The translations under genes and the position numbers were made by a program. Shown one piece after another: positions 1 through 46,804 of a stretch of DNA of 64,000 nt (positions are counted from its first letter, which is position 1; each line of letters starts with the position of its first letter). The notes beneath the pieces are model-generated. The model worked only from the letters and a program-made list of their open reading frames with translations, had not been told where the DNA came from and ran no database searches. Origin of the DNA: Octopus vulgaris (lineage: Eukaryota); assembly GCA_951406725.2 (NCBI GenBank), contig OX597822.1, positions 74,772,001 to 74,836,000 on the forward strand, written 5' to 3'.

Positions 1-159
1 GCTCTGCTGAGACCTTACATAAACGGTTAGTTTAATGTAGTTATAATTATACATACATACATACATACATACATACATACATACATACATACATACATAC
101 ATACATGCATGCATGCAGAAACCCAGTGTCATTTTGATGGTATGTGCTGCTCTCTCATA

Positions 160-670
160 CTTGCTCTTTTACTCTTTTATTTGTTTCAGTCAGCAACCAT
201 GCTAGAGCACTGCCTTTAGTCGAGCAAACTGATCCTAGGACTTAGTCTTTGTAAGCCTAGTACTTATTCTATAGGTTTCTTTTGCTGAGCTGCTAAGATA
301 CAGGGATGCAAACACACCAGCATCGGTTGTCAAACGATGGAAGTGGACATCAACACAGACACTCAAATACACCCACCCACCCACACACACACACACATAT
401 ATATATATGTATAATTTAATAATTATAATATATGCATACATACATATATGTACGTACCTACATCTACATGTATATATACATGCACATATATATATGTGTG
501 TGTGAGTACAGGACACCACAAATAAACGTAGAACACAACGAGAAATGAAAACATAAAAACAACTAGGATACGGACTTTTTTTAACAACGAAAAAATAGAG
601 TACAAGACAAACAATACAAGGAATATTCCCCTTCATCAGCTGTCCCTGGATCGACTCAATGCGTGTTTCG

Positions 671-737
<67 letters not shown>

Positions 738-890
738 GATGAGCTTCTTTCAGTTTCCGTCTACCAAATCCACTCAAAAGGCTTTGGTCGGCCTGAGGCT
801 ATAGTAGAAGACACTTGCCCAAGGTGCCACGCAGTGGGACTGAACCTGGAACCATGTGTCTGGTAAGCAGCTACTTACCACACAGCCACG
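160..890 (-). mobile_element. tRNA-derived SINE family 1, interrupted by a TA-microsatellite-associated repeat (~440-675)
   Basis: Reverse complement of the 14567-14990 family. Confidence 0.8.
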
Positions 891-1476
891 TTGAATTATA
901 TTTTTTTAGAAAAATTTATATTATACTGTGATTACTCAATACTTTATGCGAAAGACATATTTATTATTCTTTTACAAAAATACTGTTTGTAGTGACTTCG
1001 AAGTTTCAGGGTGTTTAGCTCTCATCAGAGTCTGATGAAGGATCAGCAGGCCGAAACATCGAACCCACTGTCAACACTATTCTTGCAAAAGAGTAATAAA
1101 TAAATACACTCACGGACATACACACACATATATATGGATACATATATACATACACACATATATGTAAATATATATGTGTGTGTATCTATCCCTGTACGTG
1201 CCTCCCCATCTTGATATCCTATGATAATTTTAAACGAGTTTTATATCATACAAGCAATATCATTCGTTTCTAATCTCTCATGAAAACGTATCTGACATGG
1301 AAATATATTAACTTGTTTAGAAACAAGCGAAAATTGGCGACAGGAAAAGCATCCGGCCATAAAAAAATCAAACCTCACCAAATTCCATCTGACCCATGCA
1401 TAGAAGGAAAAATGGACGCTAAAACGATGATGTATGCATGTATTTGTGCACATGCATGTGTGTGAAAATCACGTAC

Positions 1477-36086
<34,610 letters not shown>

Positions 36087-36595
36087 TTTTACAAATGAAT
36101 GGCAACCCGACGAGGACAACTGTATATATACATGTGATCAGAGATGTGATCGTGTTCACAAAGCATGCTAATCTACAGGAATAAATAAATACATAAGAAT
36201 TCCTCACCTTCAAGTTGCATTTCATTAATATTAGTCTTTCTTCTTTCCTCACCTTCTTTCTAGACTATTATTCTTCATAACTTCAATGTTATCTTTACTT
36301 CCTTTCTTTCACACGTTATCTGTATGTATACATGTAAGTTCTCTTCTATTTCTAGCTATTTGAAGTCTTCCTGTAAGGAAGGAGTTGGTTTCTAACAAAG
36401 TTACAAAGCTCCACTGATGGAATATAGATAAAAACAAATTCGTATTTCGAACTTCAGAAAGTCTTCCATATTTTTATTTGTCCTGTTTACGGATTGTATT
36501 TGTAGTGTGTATGCTAGCTAGTAGAGTTCTTTTCTAAAAAAAGCCCAGCGTAGTCATTTGCTCGTCTGTCTGTCTGTATGCTATTTAGTTTTATA

Positions 36596-37003
36596 GGCAT
36601 AGGAATGGCTGTGTGGTAAGTAACTTGCTTACCATCCACATGGTTCCAGGTTCAGTGCCACTGTGTGGTACCTTGGGCAAGTGTCTTCTACTATAGCCTC
36701 AGGCTGACCAAAGCCTTGTGAGTGGATTTGGTAGACGGAAACTGAAAGAAGCCCATCGTCTATATGTATATATATATATATGTATTTGTGTGCATATATG
36801 TTTGTGTGTCTGTGTTTGTCCCCACAACATCGCTTGACAACCGATGCTGGTGTGTTTACATCCCCATAACTTAGCAGTTCAGCAAAAGAGACCGATAGAA
36901 TATGTACTAGACTTACAAAGAACAAGTCCTGGGGTTGATTTGCTCGACTAAAGGCAGTGCTCTAGCATGGCTGCAGTCAAATGACTGAAACAAGTAAAAG
37001 AGA
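36596..37003 (+). mobile_element. SINE family 1 full copy
   Basis: Colinear with 14567-14990. Confidence 0.85.
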
Positions 37004-38653
37004 GCATCTCTAGATTATTTGCAAAGGAGAAAGAGTTTGTTTCTAACCTATATTCAAGGCTCCTTTCATTGGAATTTCAGCAACAATAGGGTATTCATGC
37101 ATGTATGAATGTATATATGCAGATATTTTCAGCCAGTGTACCAGCAAATCTGTATGTTCTGTTTTATTCGTGCATATCTAGAGATGCGTATGTGTGCTTA
37201 TATGCTTAATATTTTGAACAGCATTGCATATTTTGACAGGTCCATTGATGGTTTGAATCTATAGTCTTCATCATCATCATTTAACACCAACCGCTCCGAG
37301 AGTGTAATGGGTGCTTTTACGTGTCACCAGCACAAGGGCCAGTTAGGTAGTACTGGCAATGGCCACACTCAAATATTGCTTTTTATGTGCCACCTTCACA
37401 GTAGCCAGTCCAGCGGCACTGGCAACAACTTTGCTTGAATGTTTTTTTTCATGTGCCACCAGCACAAGTGCTAGTAGACGATGCAAGTAACGATCTTGCT
37501 CGGAATGGTATTTTTAACATGCCATCGGCTCGGAGGTCAGCTTGTTGCTCTGGCCCTGATCTCACTCGTATGGTTCTCTTAGCGCTCCACTAGCACGGAT
37601 GCCAGTCATAGAATTTGAAATTAGCTTTCTTTGTATGTAAGCATGCACTAATCATGGAGACCCAGAGAGAGGTATTTGTGTTGTACAAGCATGTATCATT
37701 TATAATCCATTAACTTAAAGATGTCTTTTTATTGTGACTTCATTTGTCACTCCATCTACTGAAAGTCAAATGTCAATGGAACAGTGGTGACATGTACAGA
37801 CCTCACCAGTTAGAACTGTACAGTAAATTATAACTTTTGTCTGTCACCTATGCTCTAAACCATAGTTTCTCAAAGTGGGTGCCACCGCCCCCACTCCATT
37901 GGGCATTGAGATGCTCCAGGGGAGCGCTGGTGCCTAAGGAGGAGGTGAGGTGGGGCAGTAGAGAAAAAGGAGGTGTTGGGAGGAAGGCAGTTGATTGGGG
38001 GATGCTATGAATTTATTATAATATTAGCAGAGATACCTGGCATTGCCTGTGTTACATGCAATTGAAGAATTAGACTTTTCTGTTATATTTTCTTTAATGA
38101 ACTGGAATACCTATGATTCGAATTTCATCAAAATTGCAGATGAGGGTTCTTTCCCTCCTTACAAGCCCTAAAAAAATTCTAATCATGACACGTGTATCCC
38201 ATACGACTGATCTTTATGTGCAGATTCCAAAATTCCATTCTTATGGAACCTGTTAAGAGGATTCTGCTCCTGAAAAATGGAGGTCATGGAGCTCTTAGGG
38301 GTGGGTGTCTTAAAGTCAACCAGAGAAGTTGAATTGTTGAGAATCTTTTTAACTTGAGTCTTATATCTATTGTTTGAATTTCTTTGAAATAGGAAATATA
38401 TGTATGTTCACTGGGTTTGTAAAAGAGAGCAAAGCTACAGGAAACCAAAAGACGAATGATCGCAATAAACAGTCAGCTACCCTACCCTAGTCGTTACCTC
38501 TCCCCAATGTAGGAATCCTCAGCATACAAGTGACAGGCACAGCCGTAAGATGCATTGCGGATCTATAGCAATTGGAAGGGTTATAGATTGTGTGTGTGTA
38601 TTACATATATACACACACACACATATACATGTATGTATATGTGCATATTCATA

Positions 38654-39292
38654 TCTATTATATAAAAGTCAATGACTTTATCTGTATTCGTGTGTTACTT
38701 ACACATTCGAAAACTACTGCACCAATCCTAATGAAATTTGGAACACAAAATCAAAGCCTAGAGAAAAGGGTAATGCTGTATGTTTCATACAATTTCATAG
38801 ACCAAAATTACTGAATGGATCCTCATGATATTTGGAATTTAGATTCAATGCATAAAGGAGGGTATGATGTAATATGTTTGGTTTGAATTTGAGATGGCTC
38901 AAAGGAAGAAGAACCCTCGTTAAAATTCATAAATTTTCGATGTTGATGAAATATCAACCATGGGTAATTGACACACATCAAGAAGCATTCTCAAAGTTTC
39001 CATTTCTCATAAGGATTCTAAGACACCCTAATGGGGGCCTTAACTCCCAAATTTTAGTCATTTTATACGATCCAAAACTAGGTCAAAAGTACTGAATGGA
39101 TCTTTATGAAATTTGGAAATTATATTCTATGCATAAGGGCCAAAACCCCCATGAAAATTCATATATTTTTGTTGTTGATGAAATTTTAACCATAGATATT
39201 AGACAGAAATGAAGTAATATTTCTAAAATTTCATCTTAGAAGTTACAAAGACCCCTTCATGGGGACTTAATAGCCACAATTTAGTCATTTTA
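38654..39292 (+). mobile_element. Helitron-like fragment with internal ~280-bp tandem repeat
   Basis: tctattatataaaag...aactactgcaccaatcctaatgaaatttgg start; repeat units start near 38803 and 39083. Confidence 0.5.
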
Positions 39293-41129
39293 TCTAAACA
39301 AAAACGAATACAGTTGTGCTCTTGGAAGCTGTAGGCTCAACCGAGCATAAAAGTTGAGCATTATTTGTAATTCAATCGTACAACAGTGTAAGAGTTTGCT
39401 TTGAGATATACTTAGATTGTGATTTATGCAATGTGGTGTATAAATTGTCAAGTAAATGAGAGGCATCTTTGCCTCCACTGATTCAGTTGCAAAATAATTC
39501 AGTAAATTCTGGTTGTCCTTCTACCTATGTTAGAACAACAACAACCACCACCACCACTGTCGTCATCACCGTCATAGGTACTATTATTACAATCATATTT
39601 ATGGCTATTGTTTGGAGATTTACATTGCCGTTTTGATGTTAGACTTTCCAAATTGGTGGCCTTAAAGCTTACGAATTGATGTAAAGATAAAATAACTCTG
39701 AAATTGTCATATGACATCGCCACTGGAGCATCCAAGGTTATGTAAATGCGTGTGTGTGGATGTGTGTTATCTTGGAATTTTGGCATGAATTAACATGATC
39801 AACAAGCATTTTCTGGAGAGCAACCGGGAATATCACCTATTTAATAGTCAAGATAACAGTGGAAGTAGCTGGTGGTGGTGGTGGCAGAGGTCATGCTAAT
39901 TTCAGTAGTAGTAGTAGTGGTGGTGGTGGTGATAATAGTAGCAGCTCTGAATAAGAACAGATTAGAAATGTGATGATCCATCTAACCCATGCCAGCCTAG
40001 AAAGGTGACGTAAAATGATAAGTAATTGACACTGCTGTCTTCTGGAAAATTTCAAGCTGCAGAAAATGTTTTTTATACATCTTGCTTAAATGGTCAAAAT
40101 TTAAGGTATTGTCCACCAATAGATCGAGTCCAAACTGCATACATTTCACTATTTTAGTAAACATTCTGTAAGCACATCTCACACGAAATACACTTTTCTA
40201 CTCTAGGCACAAGGTCCAAAATTTTTGGGGAGGGGGCCAGTTGATTAGATTGATCCCCGTATGCAACTGCTACTTAATTTATCGACCCCAAAAGGATGAA
40301 AGGCAAAGTTGAACTTAGAAAGTAAAGACAGATGAAATACTGCTAAGCATTTCACCCGGCATGCTAATATCTCTGCCAGCTCACACGAAATACTCTGCCT
40401 GTATGCTTCAATAAATTTTTAACACAATCAAATATTTGAAGAGACTTGATGCAATAATATTCTATCATTATAATGCTTTTTATTGAATTCTTTAAGGAGG
40501 TGAGCTGGCAGAATCATTAACACAGACAAAATGCTTCGCAGTATTTCTTCAAGTTTTACATCCTGAGTTCAAATTCTGCAAAGGCTGACTTTGCTTTTCA
40601 CCCCTTTTGGGGCCAGTAAAATAAATGCCAATCAAGTACTGGAAGAAATGTAATCGACGTCCTCTTCACTAAAAAAAAAAAAACCCAAAAACTGTTGTTC
40701 CTGAGCCTAAATTTGAAACTACACACAAGTTCTTAAATGAAATCTTTAAAACAAGGCACTATTAACCAAAGGTAGGTTCTTATCAAAAGGGTCCTTTGAT
40801 ATGTAAGGGACCAAGCCTGAAATGCTTGTAACAAGCTTCAAAATATTTGGCAATCAAATATTTCAACGTTAGTAAGGTTCACCTTCTTCAGGTAATGTGT
40901 GAGGAGAACTGTCTTCCCAATGGAACCAAATCTGGACTACAAAGAAGGAGCTTCAAGATTACCTTGACGGTATATACACCATATTTAATTCTTCTTCTCC
41001 TACTAATATCTTTGGTTTCATTTATGCTTTTCCAAGGGCAAACCTGTAGCATAACTTCGGTTTTCTTCAAATTCATTTCCGAGCCAAAAGCTTTAAGATT
41101 CTGCAGTTCTTGTCCAGTGTAAGATACAA

Positions 41130-43666
41130 TCAGGTTGAGTATAAAATAAGCAACGTTTTGAACCATGAAGAATTTGTACCAGATTTTGAATTTTTTTAAA
41201 CATAGTTTTTGCAATTGGCTGATAATATATAGACCTGTCCAAATGCATCAATAAATTTAACAGATATTTTTGTAAACTGTTGTTAAAATCATCTGAAATG
41301 GAACTGTCAAAGCACAATATTCGAGCAATTTTGCTATTCAACTTAAAAAAAGGATGTAAAGCAGCTAAAACTGCTCGCAACATCAATGAAACATTTGCTG
41401 TGGACAACTGTGATTTCCAGTAAGTGTTTGCTATTGTTTATTGAAAGGTTGTATTGTTTTGTGCTGCTTTGCAGCAGTTGTATGATTGTGCTGTCCCTCA
41501 GTGTTTTGAGGAGAGATGGCTGAGTTTGAAAATGTATTCTATTTGGACCTGACTGAAACAGAGATGTCGGCGACAGAATTGTCATTGTCTGAGGAAGAAC
41601 TGATCAGGACTATTCACAAAATAGAAAAATCTTTAAAGGGGAAAAGTTTTGCAGAAGTGGCAGGTGTCACTAAGAAGGAAGTGAGTCTGGAAAACCTGAA
41701 GGATTTTGGAAAAATGCTGGAGAAGGAGGGTGGTGATGTGAAATTGTCACCACTGAATGAGGTACTTAAAAACATGGAAGAAAGCAGAATTGTTTATAAA
41801 TCAAGGAGAGGAGAATTGAAAATGAGACTACGGAGGAAATGGAGAAGGTATTGAGGCCAATCTGGCAAGATATATCATATCTTACCAGAGGAAGCAGTGA
41901 CGGCACTGTTGTTGTGCATTTCAAAGAGAAAGAAAAGGCAAAGGAGCACTTGGCAAATACAATGAAGACAGAAAGGGTGATCCTCCTACCCACATACCTT
42001 GGAAGAACTTCCAGGGTAAGGGTAGAAGGAATCCCACCTGAAATAGACGTGGCATGGGTAGCAGTGGCAGTACTTCTTGGAAGTGGCTGTACTCCAAGCC
42101 ACAGAAACAGAAGGAATTGACGAGGCAAAGTTCTGGATATGTTGATCCATATTTCAGGAGAAAATAGGCAGAAAGTGTCAGTAGGTATGGGTAGAGAGCA
42201 GAACCCCTCGCTGCTACAAATGTGACTAAAAGGACCACATTAGAGTGGGCTGCCCTCAATAAAAACCAGCATACACAAGAGGTCGAGAAGGAAATGGTGG
42301 AAGAAGAGGAAACTGACGAGGAAGGAAAGAACAGTGGAAGAAGAAGGACAGTCAGAAGACCCTAACCTATACCCACATCCTCCCACTGCAGACACGAAAC
42401 CCACCCATTCCCCACCAACACACAAAAAAAAACAAAAAAACAAACATACAAAAATCACATGGCTTCCCTCCCATGTGTTATCTGTAAAGGTGTGGATAGG
42501 AGACTGATAGAGAAGTTATCACAGTGGAAGGACGCAAGGACTGTAAATATGAAAGGAAGTAAGAAAGAAGATACGGTCCCATGCGCATTGGTACCAGAAG
42601 GTCGTATGAGAGAGGTAATAGATTACAAAGAGGGTTTTAGATATAAAGTGTCTTGTGATTTTAAGGAAATACTAAAAGTAATAGAAAACGGAGAGTTAGA
42701 ACAACAGGGTATAAACATGAACTGGATATAAAAAGGAAGTAAATGATGCTGCTGAGATGGGGTAGGTAGCACATTTTTATATATCATTTCATTTTTTCAT
42801 TCATGTTATCGTAATTTTATTTTGTTATTTGTCCCCACATATTTTGTGCCGTGCTTCCGAAATGTGAAACATTAATATCTGTACGCCTTTTATAGGTAAA
42901 AAAACCCAAAAAACACAATGAAACTTTTGGTGAGGAAATGAATTGTGTGTGGTCAGCTTGGAAATGGTTTAAACGATTTTGAGTGGAGACTTGAGCCTTC
43001 AAGATCGTGAGCATAGTGGACGCTTATCTGTTATTGATGATGGTCAATTAAACACTGTCATTGAGAAAGATCCATGTAAAATCACTCGTGAACTGGCAAA
43101 AGAACTTCAAGTTAGCCAGAAAACTGCTGCAACCATTTACATGAGATCAGAAAACCAGAAAAGCTCGGTAAATGGGTACCAGAACATTTGAATGAGAATC
43201 AGAAAATGTGCAGATATGAAACATATTGCCATTAAATTGCCAAAATGAATGAAAAACTGCTACTCCTCCAACCCAGACTGGTCAACAGAAGAGGGCCAAT
43301 CATTCTTCATGACAATGCTCAACCACATGTCTCACTAATGACATTCCAGAAGTTGAGGGAACTGGGCTACGATGTTCTTCCCCACCCAGGTTTATTCCCC
43401 AGACCTTTCTCCTACTGACTACCACTTTTTCAAGCACCTTGATGGTTTCCTGTGAGAGGAGTTCAAAATTCAAACCAATGCTGAAAGTGCGTTCAAAGTG
43501 TTCATCAGCTCCAGAACACCATATTTTTATGTTACTGTTGTAAATAAACTTGTAACCCATAGGCAAAAATGTGCTGATTGTAATGGTACTTACTCTGATG
43601 AATAAAATTTCCACATTGTTAGGAATTTCATGTTTCAAAACGTTGCTTACTTTTTACTCAGTCTGA
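41130..43666 (+). mobile_element. Mariner (Hsmar1/cecropia-like) transposon, internally deleted pseudogene, interrupted by a 1.5-kb insertion
   Basis: ~40-bp TIRs tcagRYtgagtaWaaRtaagcaacgttttga; TA at 43667-68. ATG 41298 MELSKHNIRAILLF..KAAKTARNINETF; SGDLSLQDREHSGR; KWVP; RRGPIILHDNAQPH; TDYHFFKHL; stop at 43603-05. Confidence 0.92.
41393..42915 (+). mobile_element. ORF1-only (HAL1-like) non-LTR retroelement, frameshifted gag-like ORF ~41516-42731
   Basis: TSD caatgaaac (41384-92 / 42916-24); A-rich tail; SFAEVA motif; RRM-like RVRVEGIPPEI; CCHC knuckle CYKCD*KDHIRVGC at 42212-42253; no RT. Confidence 0.75.
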
Positions 43667-43899
43667 TAAATCACAAGCACCAGCTTATAATGGTTCCCTA
43701 GCGAAAGATTTGAACACCTTAGCATCTGCATTGAATCTATGGTGATTTAAAACTTATATTGGAGATGGGGTAATTGTCTTGACATGCATGAAATTGAGGA
43801 TCTACCAAAGCTGAAAAGGGACAGAGATTCTTGGTGTAGCCATTGTAAGATGTATCTCAGTTGTGGTCATTTGAAGGAAGACCCTGTTTCATGGTTTAA

Positions 43900-44098
43900 C
43901 CCTTTAGTGTTCAGATTATTCAATCAAGCATAATGCCTATTGATTCAAATTAATCATGCATTATCTCATATCTTCAAGATGTTGATGGTGTAATTACTTA
44001 ATGTAGAATAACATTGTAGGGTAGGTGTGAGAGTCTGGATCTGGTCAGTTTGAACATAAAACAGATTAGCTATTTTGGCCGGTTTAATTACTAAAGGG
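43900..44098. mobile_element. piggyBac-type MITE family 2
   Basis: TTAA|ccctttag...ctaaaggg|TTAA; interrupted copies at 45481-46297 and ~56837-57198. Confidence 0.8.
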
Positions 44099-45599
44099 TT
44101 AAGTTAATTTAGCTGTGTTAGCAAAGGACTCTTTAATGATCTCATATTACAAAACATTTTGAATATTCTAAGGTTCAATAACAATTTGTCATCAGCAAAC
44201 CCCACTCCCCCCAAAAAATCCAGCAAATATATTTAAAGTAATACACTACAAAAAGCTAGTGGAACCCAAAACAAATCAATAATTTAATACCCTTAATATT
44301 ACAACATGAATTTTTTAGGTGTTCATTGTGCAACCATCATTTAACGTCAGTTTTCCATGCTGGCATGGGTTGGACTGTTTGACAGTTGGAGCTAAGGTTG
44401 GGAGCCATACCGGGCTGCATTGTAATGGTATCTACAGCTGGATGCCCTTCCTGACACCAACCACTTAGTGTACTGGGTGTCTTTTACTAGGCACCAGCAC
44501 CTTGACACAAAACAAATAGTCCAAAGACGAAATTTACCCTCCCATGTCTTGCGTATGATTTGAAACTATTAGTTAAGGCTGATGTTAGTGTCACATCACT
44601 GGCACCTATGCTGGTGGCATGTAAAGACCACTGTTCGAGCATTGAGCTTTATGGAGGCAAAATGGCTGAGTTCCTTTTGAGCATTGCACCTCACGGAGGC
44701 AAAGTAGCTGAGTTCCTTTCGAGTGTTAGGCCTCACAGAGGCAGAGTTCTTTATGAGCATTGGGCCTCAGAAGCAACAACTGAATTGTTGGCATAATGTC
44801 ATGCTTGAGAAAACCCTTCAAGCCAAGCAAAAATTGCAGTTGTGGCAGGTACCAGTGTTATGTTAATGGCACATAAACGCACCCATTACACTCTTGGAGT
44901 GGTTGGCATTAGGAAGGGCATGCAGCTGTAGAAAACCATGCCAAATCAGACAAGAGTTTAGAGCAGCCTTCCAGCCTTAGTCAAACCATCCAACTCATGC
45001 TAGCATGGACAACGGATGTTAAATGAATATGATGATCCAGTGGTGGGGCCCTAGTTCAGAAGCTCCAGTGTTTTGGGGAGTGTGACACCATCTGTTAGTA
45101 ATTTTAAACAAGATAATTTCTGTAGGATTACTTTCATAAACTCACTTCTGCAAAAATGTTCTTATATTTGTAAGCAGTATTTTGAAATAAAAGTGAATAT
45201 TTGATATTATTTTACAAACATCAGTTATATTTATGTTAAAAAGGGTCATGTAACTCTCCAGATTATAGTGCGACCTATGTGCGAGTCAACTGCAAACACC
45301 TACTTTGACAAACCCAAACCAAAGGTGTGACCTAACTGCGAAGATATACAGTAATAAGAAGGTTGCAAGAACTGACTCGCATATGATTAGCATGTTATTT
45401 CACAAGCAAAAATTCGAACCCTCTAGATACTGACTTGCCCAAGATTGCTCTCAATCCTTTGATACAGAATTCATATTTAACCCTTTAACATTCAGATTAC
45501 TCTGTCGAATGTAATGTATATTTATTCACATTTTGAATAAATTATGTATCATTAATGTGTAGCTTTTGAGACTCAGATGATGTGATCGTTTAGATTTAA

Positions 45600-45822
45600 C
45601 CCTTTCGTTACCACATTTCTGTTGAGATGCTCTGTGTTTCTTTCAATTAATTCTAAATATAACAAAGAATTTAGTAAAATAACTTAGTTGTCATTTAGCT
45701 TGTGTTAGGAACATAAATTGTGACTAAGGTTTGGTGAAAGATTTTAATTCAGAACTTATGAAAACAAGACATAATGTACTACCGAGCCAGAGGCGGTTTC
45801 AGCCGGGTTGGTATCAAAAGAG
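45600..45822. mobile_element. piggyBac-type MITE family 1 nested in family 2
   Basis: TTAA TSDs; ccctttcgttacc...ggtatcaaaagag ends. Confidence 0.82.
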
Positions 45823-45837
45823 TTAAAATGACATTGT

Positions 45838-46220
45838 GAGGTGGAAGCTGATGAGGAAGGATGGAGAGTAGCTGGAAGGAAAGAACAGAGGAAGAAGGAC
45901 AGTCAAAGTGGACCCTAAACCCGTACCCACTCCCTCCCACTGCAGACATCAAACCCACCCATTCCCCTCTGACACAAAAATGCAAAAAAAACAAAAAACA
46001 TTACAGAAATCACATAGCTCCCCTCCTGTATGTTATGCTTGTGTTTTCTGTAAAGGTGTGGAGAGGAGACTGATAGAGAAGTTATCACAGTGGAAGGGCG
46101 TAAGGACTGTAAATATGAAAGGAAGTAAAAAAGAAGATACAGTCGCCTGCGCATTGGTGTCAGAAGGTCGTATGAGAGAGGTAATGGTTTACAAAGAGGG
46201 TTTTAGATATAGAAAAGTGT
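45838..46220 (+). mobile_element. Internal fragment of the HAL1-like element
   Basis: Aligns to ~42295-42650 (RRLIEKLSQWK..RTVNMKGSKKEDTV). Confidence 0.85.
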
Positions 46221-46562
46221 AGGGTAGGTGTGAAAGGCTGGATCTGGTTAGTGTGAACTTAAAACAAGTAGATATGGCCCACTTGAATGCTAAAGGGTTA
46301 GAGCAATAAAAATCAAAAACTTTCATCAAAATTCCATGTTAATTTCTGTTCCAGACACCAACTTAATAATGGTTAAGTTACTGTACTAAATACTTTATTA
46401 TTTTAAAATTCTAACTGAAACAAATTAAGTATATTTCAAAAAGAAATTATCAGTGCAGTGAAGGCTGAAAGTAAACCACAAGAAGCCAAACAGCTATTTG
46501 CAGGATTCAGCCCAATGAGAAGAAAGAAAGAGAAACGAATTAAAAAAAATGGAGAAATTGTC

Positions 46563-46568
46563 TTTATT
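46563..46568 (-). terminator. Candidate RCC1 polyadenylation signal AATAAA
   Basis: First AATAAA I found, ~175 nt after the stop on the minus strand; another at 46394-46399. Confidence 0.4.
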
Positions 46569-46743
46569 CACCCACACCACAATGACGAGGATTTAATCCA
46601 TGATGAACACTGAAATTTTAAAAATTTATATTTTCTTTCTGGTTAACATGAAGCAATGTACAATGGTCAATAGGACGGTTGGTGGATGGGAAGGGACAGA
46701 GAGAGAGAGAGGGAGGGATGGACATTTAAAAAAATATATTTGG

Positions 46744-46804
46744 TTAGGATGATTTACAGAGCATCACACAATGTTGTCCTCCACCTGAAATGGCTATTCC
46801 TTTC
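46744..46804 (-). CDS. RCC1: RCC1 last coding exon ([19 protein letters not shown])
   Basis: polypyrimidine tract + cag acceptor, TAA at 46746-46744. Confidence 0.93.

Larger units (their letters stand above)
39970..43890 (-). mobile_element. Decayed RTE-clade LINE RT, split by mariner and SINE insertions
   Basis: REPL*AGACD (decayed ELLYADDCD) right of the mariner continues as IVSYTGQELQNLKAFGSEMNLKKTEVM left of it. Confidence 0.6.

Noticed and set aside
36096-36190. TATA/Inr promoter just upstream of the SRCR ATG
   Set aside because: TATATATA is ubiquitous here, and an alternative acceptor at 36173-74 suggests an upstream non-coding exon; undecidable from sequence
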